NCBI GenBank assembly: GCA_964635905.1
Contig: CAZWPK010000002.1
Span: forward strand, 13,621 to 77,620
DNA length: 64,000 bases
Direction of reading: 5' to 3'
Source: an uncultured Pseudomonadales bacterium
GTDB lineage: Bacteria > Patescibacteriota > Microgenomatia > UBA1400 > UBA12028
A program made the position numbers and the translations under genes. Below, piece after piece: positions 38,860 through 47,049 of this stretch (the stretch's first letter is position 1; every line of letters begins with the position of its first letter). The notes beneath the pieces were generated by a model. It saw only the letters and a program-made list of their open reading frames with translations. It had not been told where the DNA came from and did no database searches.

Positions 38860-39822
38860 ATGTCATTCTATCAAGGAAAAACGGTAGTCGTTACTGGAGC
38901 TGCAGGTTTCATCGGTTCCCACCTCTGTGACGAGCTTTTAAAACTAGGCGGTTCTGTCATTGGGGTAGATAACTTTATAACTGGGAATGCCCGAAATATT
39001 GAACATCTTACTACCAACCCTGCCTTCACCTTTATTCAGGCAGATGTTTGCAGTGTTCCAACAAGCTATCTGCCACCGGATCGTCCCATCGATTGCCTTT
39101 TTCATTTTGCTTCTCCTGCAAGTCCGGATGGATATCAAGAACATCCGGTTGAAACGTACCTCGTCAACAGTATCGGGACCCATAATCTGCTGCAGTATTT
39201 ATTGGAACACTCCCCTTCGGCGCGCTTTTTGTACGCAAGCACCTCCGAAAGTTATGGGGATCCTCTAGAGCATCCGCAAAAAGAAACCTACTACGGAAAT
39301 GTCAATCCCAACGGTCCACGCTCGATGTACGATGAAAGTAAACGTTTGGGTGAAACCATTTGTGGGGTACACCACAACACCTTTGACATGGATGTGCGAA
39401 TTGTCCGCATTTTTAACACCTACGGCCCACGTTTAGATCTGCATGATGGCCGCGTGATCCCAGATTTTATGCGTTCCCTGCTTGCCGATGAAGCAATTGT
39501 GATTCATGGTGATGGTTCTCAAACACGATCGTTTTGTTACGTTGATGATCTAGTCGCGGGTGTCCTTCGCTTAATGGAAGTTGATGCGGCTAATGGAGAA
39601 ACCGTCAATATTGGTAATCCTTCTGAATTAACCGTGTTAGAACTTGCAACCCAATTGGCCAGCGTGATGGGGAAAACACCAACCTTTACCTACCTTGCGG
39701 GACGGCCTGATGATCCCAGCAGGCGCTGCCCGGACATTAGTAAAGCGAAATCCTTACTCTCCTGGGAACCTTCGGTATCACTGGCCCAAGGTCTAGAAAA
39801 AACGGTTGCCTATTTTAAATAA
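38860..39822 (+). CDS. UDP-glucuronate decarboxylase (UDP-xylose synthase)-like SDR
   Basis: GAAGFIGSH, ASPASP, ASTSE.YG, YDESKR, RIFNTYGP and QTRSFCYV. Confidence 0.85.
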   Translation: MSFYQGKTVVVTGAAGFIGSHLCDELLKLGGSVIGVDNFITGNARNIEHLTTNPAFTFIQADVCSVPTSYLPPDRPIDCLFHFASPASPDGYQEHPVETYLVNSIGTHNLLQYLLEHSPSARFLYASTSESYGDPLEHPQKETYYGNVNPNGPRSMYDESKRLGETICGVHHNTFDMDVRIVRIFNTYGPRLDLHDGRVIPDFMRSLLADEAIVIHGDGSQTRSFCYVDDLVAGVLRLMEVDAANGETVNIGNPSELTVLELATQLASVMGKTPTFTYLAGRPDDPSRRCPDISKAKSLLSWEPSVSLAQGLEKTVAYFK

Positions 39823-39829
39823 CACTTCT

Positions 39830-40564
39830 ATGAAAAAGTCGAATTCTCGTATCACGTCATCCTTGCGTTCGGTAAGTATCGTAATACCTGTCTTTAATGA
39901 AGCCACGACCATTGAATCGTTAATCAAAACGGTGCAAGAGAGTGACACGTTAGGACTGGCAAAAGAGATTGTGGTCGTCAATGATGCGTCAACGGATACG
40001 ACAGGACAAGTACTTCAAAAAGTAAAAGGCATTAAAGTATCTACCCATCCCCAAAATTTAGGAAAAGGTGCGGCGATCAGAACCGGATTCTTGAAAGCGA
40101 CCGGAGATATTGTTCTGATTCAAGACGCAGATCTAGAATATTCACCGGAAGATTTTCCCAAGCTGTTAGAACCATTTTTCTCTTTTCAGGCAGATGCCGT
40201 CATCGGTACACGGTTTCGTGGTGACAGTGCTCGGCGAGTCATTTACTATACCCATCAGTTAGCCAACAATGTTCTGACTATGTATTCCAATCTGTTAACA
40301 AACTTTAACTTAACAGACATGGAATGTGGATATAAGGCATTTCGAAAAGCTGTGGTTAAAGAATTGACTCCAAAGCTAGTCAGTAATAGGTTTGGAATCG
40401 AGCCAGAGTTGATCGCTCGGCTGGCCAAAATTAAAGGGATCAAATTATACGAGGTAGGCATTCGTTACCAAGGAAGAACGTATGAAGAAGGAAAAAAAAT
40501 CGGCGTCATCGACGGTATTAAAGCCCTCTACGAAATTACTGTCTACAATCTCTTTACCGAATGA
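39830..40564 (+). CDS. GT2 polyprenol-phosphate glycosyltransferase (DPM1-like)
   Basis: IPVFNE, GKGAA, QDADLEY, LTDMECGYK, FGIEPE and R...EGKKI. Confidence 0.88.
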   Translation: MKKSNSRITSSLRSVSIVIPVFNEATTIESLIKTVQESDTLGLAKEIVVVNDASTDTTGQVLQKVKGIKVSTHPQNLGKGAAIRTGFLKATGDIVLIQDADLEYSPEDFPKLLEPFFSFQADAVIGTRFRGDSARRVIYYTHQLANNVLTMYSNLLTNFNLTDMECGYKAFRKAVVKELTPKLVSNRFGIEPELIARLAKIKGIKLYEVGIRYQGRTYEEGKKIGVIDGIKALYEITVYNLFTE

Positions 40565-41174
40565 ACCTTGGCTAGAAAAATGGGCTCGTTTGGTTCGCTT
40601 TCGCACAGTCTGTCCAGCAATCCTACAGTACCTCGATTCACGCCCGGGTCAAATTCGCTTAGTTGACTATGGATGTGGTCAAGATATTTTGTTTAAAAAA
40701 TACTTTGACTCCACGTATCCCTCCTACGCCTCCCGCATTCACTATATTGGCTTAGATCCCTTAATCGCATCAAACTCGGACCCATCCTTGCATGGCATAG
40801 AAATCATCCGTTCTCAATTTGAAAAGGTGAAGCTTTCCTCCAAAGCAGATGTCACCATCATGCTCGCGGTCTTAGAACATGTGGACGATGCAGCACTACT
40901 ACTTGAGGTAGCACTGCACAATACGAGCAAAGGTGGGATTATTGTGGGGACAACACCCTCACCGTTAGCAAAACTTCCACTCGAATTTCTCTCCTATACG
41001 CTGGGAATTATTTCGACTCGTGAAATTGAAGAGCACAAACGCTATCCTACACGGCAAACGATTACGACAGCTTTAAAAAAAATTACAGAAACTAGTCCAG
41101 TGAAGCTCTATCACACACACCGCTACTTCGAATTTGGCCTTAACAACTACTTCTTCATCAAAAAGTTATCGTAA
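40482..41174 (+). CDS. Class I SAM-dependent methyltransferase
   Basis: VDYGCG, LAVLEHV and TTP; start uncertain (ATG 40482 or CTG 40539). Confidence 0.8.
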   Translation: MKKEKKSASSTVLKPSTKLLSTISLPNEPWLEKWARLVRFRTVCPAILQYLDSRPGQIRLVDYGCGQDILFKKYFDSTYPSYASRIHYIGLDPLIASNSDPSLHGIEIIRSQFEKVKLSSKADVTIMLAVLEHVDDAALLLEVALHNTSKGGIIVGTTPSPLAKLPLEFLSYTLGIISTREIEEHKRYPTRQTITTALKKITETSPVKLYHTHRYFEFGLNNYFFIKKLS

Positions 41175-41223
41175 TCGTCCTACTTGGCAAGGGTAATTTG
41201 GGTGATCTATACTCAGTTTAACC

Positions 41224-41694
41224 ATGAAAACAATCATTCCCCCCATCCTCTTCATTCTCGGTTGTGAACTGGTGGGGATATCGGGCACCACCTTTACCCT
41301 CTCTTCCATTCCCACTTGGTATGCAGCCTTAGAAAAACCTTTTTTTGCTCCACCCAATTGGATCTTTGGACCCACCTGGACCCTCCTGTACGCATTGATG
41401 GGAATCTCAGCCTACTTGATTTATCAAAAAGGCTGGAAAAAACCACAAGTCTCTCTGGCGCTCCGTCTCTTTGGTCTGCAGTTTCTGGCAAATTTTATCT
41501 GGACACCGGTATTCTTTGGACTGAAAGCCCCGATGCCGGGATTAGCGGTGATCTTAATTCTGTGGATGTTGATCGTGCTTACCATACACCGTTTCTTTTT
41601 TATCTCCAAAGTTGCAGCAGTGTTGTTGTTACCCTATTTAGCTTGGGTAAGTTTTGCAACACTTCTAAACGCAGGCATTGCCTTCTTAAATTAA
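41224..41694 (+). CDS. tspO: TspO/MBR tryptophan-rich sensory protein
   Basis: WY..L.KP...PP.W.FGP.W and PYLAWVSFA..LN. Confidence 0.93.
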   Translation: MKTIIPPILFILGCELVGISGTTFTLSSIPTWYAALEKPFFAPPNWIFGPTWTLLYALMGISAYLIYQKGWKKPQVSLALRLFGLQFLANFIWTPVFFGLKAPMPGLAVILILWMLIVLTIHRFFFISKVAAVLLLPYLAWVSFATLLNAGIAFLN

Positions 41695-41711
41695 GAAACG
41701 TTCACTCTACC

Positions 41712-42857
41712 CTATAAGAATGTCACGGATGAGAGAATCTTGCTGACCGTAGAAAGATAGGAAGCCTCATTGGGACCAACGGCAAAGACGAGAAATCCAT
41801 ACACCATCGAGTCTTTGACACTGTGATAGTAGGTAAAACATCCCATTCCACAAACAATAACTTTTTGAAAGACGTTTCCCGCAAAACTCACCGAGGAATA
41901 TTCTGGCTCCTTCTGATCACCACCTGGCTCTGCGAAATAGCGCGCTTCCATCCAGGTTCGTAAATCTTGTGTAATGGGTTGCGGTTTCATTACTGAGAAG
42001 ATAACTCCATCGGACAGCTCCGATTGTGGTCGCGTTGTTGCTCCCCGGACGCGTAGTGAAAACAGGTCGCCATCTCTAAACTGGGTGGTATCTTCCACCA
42101 GTGGCCATCCAGAAGGATAATTCAGCGTTAATTTTGCTTGAGCGTTACGATACGTTTTAAATTCTCCCGTGGGAACTGGACTACTCATTGCTTGGATATT
42201 ATCGGGTTGGAAGGTTAGTGTGGAAAAGAGTTGGTCTAACTCCGCTTTCTGTAGTTGCGCTGAATCGGTAGTGCCCACATACCCACCCAAGAGATAGGTC
42301 ACGTTTCCAAACTCAACAAGATAGCGATATTCTTTTGTCCCAGTAGGGAATTCCCAAGGCTGTGCGTTGACAAATACTTTAGTTCCATACCCACCAATCA
42401 TCGTGTCTGCTTCATGGGAATAGGTAAAGTACTTTTCAGTAGTCAAGTTTTTTGCACCTAAGACAACGGAATCATTGAGAGGTACCCTGCGGAGCGCATC
42501 TACATCTGCCCTTGTGTAGTTATAGATTTCTCCAGAGGTTGCTCTCTGGGAAGTTGGAATCACTGAAATATAGGCAAAGTTTGTTACATCCACACTGCCT
42601 GGAGCTGCCTTTTTCTTGTACATCCGACTATACGTTCCCATCGATTCTGATTCAAATGTTTCCGGCAGACGCAGTGTGTACCCTACCCCTGTTTCAAGTG
42701 TTGGAGATTGCGTTGGGATCGGCGTGACTTGGACTGTATCGGGATCACCATCGTGTTCTGGGGTCGCGGTAGTACGATCTGGGGGTAGACGTTGCAATCC
42801 AAGAACGGCCAAGGCGATGACGACAACGACGAGGAATGCAAGTAAAAAGCGTTTCAT
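41712..42857 (-). CDS. Membrane-anchored protein with two PsbP/Mog1-like domains
   Basis: N-terminal anchor and T/P-rich linker; repeated Y.N....L.YP..W ... ILSS.TF pattern. Confidence 0.65.
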   Translation of the reverse strand: MKRFLLAFLVVVVIALAVLGLQRLPPDRTTATPEHDGDPDTVQVTPIPTQSPTLETGVGYTLRLPETFESESMGTYSRMYKKKAAPGSVDVTNFAYISVIPTSQRATSGEIYNYTRADVDALRRVPLNDSVVLGAKNLTTEKYFTYSHEADTMIGGYGTKVFVNAQPWEFPTGTKEYRYLVEFGNVTYLLGGYVGTTDSAQLQKAELDQLFSTLTFQPDNIQAMSSPVPTGEFKTYRNAQAKLTLNYPSGWPLVEDTTQFRDGDLFSLRVRGATTRPQSELSDGVIFSVMKPQPITQDLRTWMEARYFAEPGGDQKEPEYSSVSFAGNVFQKVIVCGMGCFTYYHSVKDSMVYGFLVFAVGPNEASYLSTVSKILSSVTFL

Positions 42858-42944
42858 GCAAAAATAATACCACGCAGTGGATCAAACGCGGGTAAGATTT
42901 ATTTCTTGGCTTGTAAAAAACTAGTCGACCGCGCACTGGCCAGA

Positions 42945-43175
42945 CTACTGAAAAGTTTCTGTTTCCAGTTTCATGTCACCTAAATCCAGTTCCAAACTCT
43001 CAACATCCGTGGTGGTTGACAGCGGTTCGGTGGTTGGCTGTACCGTAGCCAGCGGCTGTACTATAACCTCTTCTTGTATCTGCGTGTTTTCATCCATGTT
43101 GTCCGTTTGCTTTGTACAGGCTGAACATACCAGGACAATTGCAGATAATAGTACGATCCATGAAGCTTGTTGCAT
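42945..43175 (-). CDS. Small lipoprotein with a Thr-rich linker
   Basis: Lipobox CSAC, acidic C-terminus and GAAAAGGA SD; start revised to 43175. Confidence 0.7.
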   Translation of the reverse strand: MQQASWIVLLSAIVLVCSACTKQTDNMDENTQIQEEVIVQPLATVQPTTEPLSTTTDVESLELDLGDMKLETETFQ

Positions 43176-43204
43176 AGTTTGGTCCTTTCTCAAGTCACTG
43201 CCGA

Positions 43205-43813
43205 TTACAATTCTTGTAAGGCTTTGAGTTCCTTTAACGTTGCTTGCATGTCTCTGACGACTTGAGCAAATGCTACCTGCGCCTTTGCGACAGCTTCACG
43301 AGCAGCTTTTGCATCGGTCTTTTGTGCATCCCAGCTTTCTGCTGAGACAGAGCGAAGGAGTGTTACTGCTTGCGCACCAAGCGTTTTAGCAGTAGCCAAT
43401 GACAAGGTTGCTTTATCTAACGCAGCTTTAGCAGCTGCCGTATTCTTTCCTTCTGCGGACAGCGTAGTGAGACGCTTGGTGGCACGTTCAATCCAGTTTT
43501 CCAGTCGCTCCGCATGCAGCTTGAAGCGTCGTTCCACGCGATTGGCGACTCTGTTGAGAAACTCTTCTCGTGATTCTAACCGCTCTTCTTGTCGTTCCTC
43601 ACGGTTCTCTTTACGAAGTTCTATGCGTTCTTTAGCAGCTTCTATTTTCCTTTCGGCTGCATTTCGTCGATTTTCAACTCTTGGTTTGAGTGTGGGAGAC
43701 GCTGTTGCAGGGGAAGTGGAGACAGGTTGGGGAGTCTCTGCCTGTGCCGTAGTCACCATCAGCACTGAAACAAAAAGAAACACTATAATACTAACCAAAC
43801 GAGAAATTTTCAT
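43205..43813 (-). CDS. Secreted coiled-coil protein
   Basis: Signal peptide ending in AQA, S/T/P linker and charged Ala-rich helices. Confidence 0.78.
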   Translation of the reverse strand: MKISRLVSIIVFLFVSVLMVTTAQAETPQPVSTSPATASPTLKPRVENRRNAAERKIEAAKERIELRKENREERQEERLESREEFLNRVANRVERRFKLHAERLENWIERATKRLTTLSAEGKNTAAAKAALDKATLSLATAKTLGAQAVTLLRSVSAESWDAQKTDAKAAREAVAKAQVAFAQVVRDMQATLKELKALQEL

Positions 43814-43830
43814 AGATCCTTTCGTTGAGC

Positions 43831-44241
43831 TTAAGTATACAGAATTGTCACCACCCGTACATCAGCTCTACACTGTCGGTTGGGATTTCTTTTTCTTGGT
43901 AAGATTTTTTCCACTCGATACAAGGTCATTTTAGTAATCAGATCATAGGGGACTGGTTTATCGACCGCAAATTGTATCGCCCCTTTGGAAGTTTTATACG
44001 GCGTTAGTTCCTCCTTAAAAGCCACGATCGCTTCAGGACCAGGGTAAAAACCAACATGCTTGGCATATCCCCCAAAATGGACTAAATTCCCTTTCAGGGT
44101 GAATGTGGGAATTCCATAGGATAACGTTTCTTGTGCCTCTGGCGCAGCCGCTTTAATCGTGGCGCGAACGTTCTGTAGAATTTGTGCAACAGGTTCTGGA
44201 TAGCTTTGAATATAGGTGGTTACGCTCTCGACTGAATCCAT
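43831..44241 (-). CDS. DUF1801 (YdhG-like) protein; C-terminus probably frameshifted
   Basis: AAPEAQETLSYGIPTF, HVGFYP and SKGAIQF; AAGGAG SD before 44241. Confidence 0.85.
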   Translation of the reverse strand: MDSVESVTTYIQSYPEPVAQILQNVRATIKAAAPEAQETLSYGIPTFTLKGNLVHFGGYAKHVGFYPGPEAIVAFKEELTPYKTSKGAIQFAVDKPVPYDLITKMTLYRVEKILPRKRNPNRQCRADVRVVTILYT

Positions 44242-44341
44242 ACGATTCTCCTTTAGGGGTCTATCAAAATCACAGTATAGCAAAGTCTTTTGCTTGAGAA
44301 AGACTTAGTTCATCTTTAAGGCACCTTCACTACTACACAGC

Positions 44342-44374
44342 ATTAAGCGCTTCTTAAGTCAGAGTCTGTACAGT
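44342..44374 (+). promoter_or_regulatory. OmpR-family (CiaR-box-like) direct-repeat promoter
   Basis: ATTAAG-N5-CTTAAG-N10-TACAGT upstream of the AAAGGAG SD and ATG at 44398. Confidence 0.55.
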
Positions 44375-44397
44375 ATGACCTTAGAAAGGAGAAGAAT

Positions 44398-44916
44398 ATG
44401 AATAACAACAAAATTCTTCTTAGCGCAACTGTAAGTGCAGTTGTGATCGGTGGCATCCTCCTAGGATCCACTCGGGCATTGGCCCAAGAAAGTACATCGA
44501 CCACAAATCCGATGACTTCCTTGGTACAAAAGATTGCCGATAAATTTGGACTGAACAAGGACGAGGTGCAAGCCGTCTTTGATCAGTCTAGAGAGGAGCG
44601 ACAAGCGTCTCGGCAAGCAGAGTATGAGACAAGGTTATCGCAATTGGTAACTGATGGCAAGATTACGGAAGCGCAAAAGCAACTCATTCTTACCAAACAC
44701 AAAGAGATGCAAGCGAACCGTGAATCGGAGATGACTACTTTGAAAGATATGTCAGCTTCGCAGCGACGAACTGCAATGGAAACACGTCGCAACGAGCTTG
44801 AGACCTGGGCAACCCAAAACGGAATTGACAGTCAGTATGTATTACCAGGTGAAGCTCATGGTTTTGGAGGGAGAGGGATGCATGGATTTGGTGCACCAAA
44901 TGACATGAGCAACTAA
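44398..44916 (+). CDS. Secreted helical hypothetical protein
   Basis: Strong SD, signal peptide ending in ALA, IADKFGLN, DGKITEAQ repeats and a Gly-rich tail. Confidence 0.82.
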   Translation: MNNNKILLSATVSAVVIGGILLGSTRALAQESTSTTNPMTSLVQKIADKFGLNKDEVQAVFDQSREERQASRQAEYETRLSQLVTDGKITEAQKQLILTKHKEMQANRESEMTTLKDMSASQRRTAMETRRNELETWATQNGIDSQYVLPGEAHGFGGRGMHGFGAPNDMSN

Positions 44917-44950
44917 ATACTGGTCTATCTAAAAACAAGTTGACACTATT

Positions 44951-44982
44951 CTCCACACAGCTTTGTATACAGCTGTGTGGAG
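44951..44982. terminator. 12-bp perfect hairpin between convergent genes
   Basis: CTCCACACAGCT-N8-AGCTGTGTGGAG; no clear U-tract. Confidence 0.55.
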
Positions 44983-44998
44983 TACGTGCTCACCATCA

Positions 44999-45886
44999 TT
45001 AAGCCACTGCATCGTACGCTTGTTGAAGCGCCGCAATATCAAATTTCTTCATTTTCAAAAAGGCTTGGGTTACAGCTTCTACCCTGGCAGGATTCGAATC
45101 TTCTAACATTCCTTGCAACGCCAGCGGAGTGACTTGCCAAGAAAGTCCGAATTTATCTTTCAGCCAACCACATTGTTCCGATTCCGGGTTGGATGAGAGT
45201 TTCTCCCAGTAATAGTCAATTTCTTCTTGGGTCTGACAATGAATAATAAAAGAGGTTGCCTCGTTAAAGGCAAATTGATGATCATAGGCACTATCCATGA
45301 TCGCAAATTGCAACCCTTCTAAGGCAAACAACATATGTTTAATCGTTCCCACTTTATCCGGACCTTCTCCTTTTTCGTAACGCATGGTATCGCCAATCGA
45401 GGTCTCATGAAAAACACTGGTATAAAACGAGACCGCCTCTTCTGCTTTCCCACAATTGTCTCCAATAAACATCAACGTTGGGATAATGCGTTGCGAAATT
45501 TCCCTCTCACCCATCCACATGACTTGCCAAGACACGCCAAATTTATCTTGAATCCAACCATACCAAGCACTAAATGGGTACTCTCCCAGTTCCATCAGAG
45601 CCATGCCTCCATCTGCAAGTTTGTCCCAAATTGCTTGAACTTCTTCTTTGGACTGACATGCCACAAGATACGAAACCGACGGGTTGAGTTTGAAGTAGGG
45701 ACCAGCACTAATCATGGCAAACTCTACGCCCATGATATGCATTGCAACGGTATGCGCATCACCAGAAGGGGTATTGTGCAACACGTTGACCCTATCCACG
45801 CTGGAATCCGGAAACGCGGTAGCGTAGAACTCTGCAGCTTCCTTGGCTTGGGTATCAAACCACAAATGGGGGGTTATTTTTTGCAT
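44999..45886 (-). CDS. Tandem-domain VOC/PhnB-like (3-dmu-9 3-methyltransferase family) protein
   Basis: ITPHLWF, AAEFY, YGWIQDKFGVSWQ and QCGWLKDKFGLSWQ. Confidence 0.9.
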   Translation of the reverse strand: MQKITPHLWFDTQAKEAAEFYATAFPDSSVDRVNVLHNTPSGDAHTVAMHIMGVEFAMISAGPYFKLNPSVSYLVACQSKEEVQAIWDKLADGGMALMELGEYPFSAWYGWIQDKFGVSWQVMWMGEREISQRIIPTLMFIGDNCGKAEEAVSFYTSVFHETSIGDTMRYEKGEGPDKVGTIKHMLFALEGLQFAIMDSAYDHQFAFNEATSFIIHCQTQEEIDYYWEKLSSNPESEQCGWLKDKFGLSWQVTPLALQGMLEDSNPARVEAVTQAFLKMKKFDIAALQQAYDAVA

Positions 45887-45889
45887 GTC

Positions 45890-46306
45890 TTACTCCTTTT
45901 TTCCACTAATATTGACCATCCAGTCGATGCCGAATTTATCAGTTACCATTCCAAAGGTATCTCCCCAAGGGGATTTTTCCAGCGGCATGTTCACTTTTCC
46001 GCCTTCGGAAAGTTTGTCCCAATAGCCACGCAGCTCTTCTTCATTATCACCACTCAGCGACATACTCATGCTTGAGCCAGAAGAGTATTCCATACTTGAA
46101 GGTGTATCTGCAGCCATGAAGGTAATCCCATTGTCGGCTTCCAGCATGGAATGCATGATTTTGTCATCTTCGGCTGGGTCTGCGGAGACATGATATTCCT
46201 TAAAAGTATTTTGGACGAGCTTTCCTCCAAATACTGAAGTATAAAAATCCATGGCTTCCCTGGCATTGCCGTTGAAGCTGAGATAGGGGTTTAAACGAGA
46301 CTGCAT
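45890..46306 (-). CDS. VOC/PhnB family protein
   Basis: PYLSFNG.AREAM.FY, IMH and DKFGIDW; AAAGGAGG SD before 46306. Confidence 0.9.
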   Translation of the reverse strand: MQSRLNPYLSFNGNAREAMDFYTSVFGGKLVQNTFKEYHVSADPAEDDKIMHSMLEADNGITFMAADTPSSMEYSSGSSMSMSLSGDNEEELRGYWDKLSEGGKVNMPLEKSPWGDTFGMVTDKFGIDWMVNISGKKE

Positions 46307-46409
46307 AGGTCCTCCTTTAGATCGGGTGATTAGGATCACAATAATACAACATCAATGGCAATTCAATCGTAATAATCGCTACACGAGGCGATCAGGAAAA
46401 TATCAAAAG

Positions 46410-47045
46410 CTACTCTGTTGTCTCAATGATTTTTATGGTTTCATCTTCAACGAAGATATATTGAGAATCAGTAAGAAGCACCAATGGGACTTGGTCATTG
46501 CGATACGCTATGGCTAAGCGTGTATCTAAATACTTGTGTTTAAAGGTATCGGATCCCCAATGCGGGAGTACGGTAAAGTTCACTAACCCGTATCCCTGTT
46601 GATTGTGGATTTTTAAAACTTCATCATGTTCGAGCAGATAATCTGGGCACCGCGGACCTGCAATAATGGAACCAGCACTAGTCCCAATGTAGATTTTTCC
46701 TTGAACATTGATGAGATCTTTAATCACTGGGATGAAGCCTGACTCCAAGGACTTTTGGAGTAAATAATATGTATTGCCACCAGAAATATAAATAGTCGAA
46801 AAGGGAGAAAGTTCACGCATTAATTGTTCACTCGTCTTTCCCGTAATGGTGTAATCGGTCACCTCAAAGCCAGTATCAACGAGTGACTGTCGATCATCAT
46901 GAAGCCAACCTAATTCACTTTGTTCATCCTTGGTTTCTACTGGTGTCGTGATGAATACTAATGATTTCTCTTTGGATACATCAAGGTTGGAAACCACATG
47001 GGCGGCTACCTTTGATATCGATGATGTTAAGAAAAGTTTTCGCAT
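46410..47045 (-). CDS. pepE: Peptidase S51 (dipeptidase E-like)
   Basis: YISGGNTYYL, GTSAGS nucleophile and LPH; start revised to 47045. Confidence 0.8.
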   Translation of the reverse strand: MRKLFLTSSISKVAAHVVSNLDVSKEKSLVFITTPVETKDEQSELGWLHDDRQSLVDTGFEVTDYTITGKTSEQLMRELSPFSTIYISGGNTYYLLQKSLESGFIPVIKDLINVQGKIYIGTSAGSIIAGPRCPDYLLEHDEVLKIHNQQGYGLVNFTVLPHWGSDTFKHKYLDTRLAIAYRNDQVPLVLLTDSQYIFVEDETIKIIETTE

Positions 47046-47049
47046 AGAG

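Noticed and set aside
40561-40575. ATGA overlap at the GT2 stop as the methyltransferase start
   Set aside because: That ATG reads MNLG* in another frame; an upstream ATG or CTG start needs no frameshift.
44951-44982. 12-bp inverted repeat as a MITE/REP or CRISPR repeat
   Set aside because: Only one copy seen, between convergent genes; a terminator-like hairpin is the simpler explanation.
45335-46075. 246-aa plus-strand ORF, and similar antisense ORFs such as 61304-61993, 43467-43934 and 7359-7802
   Set aside because: Antisense to confidently identified genes, with no motifs or initiation signals.
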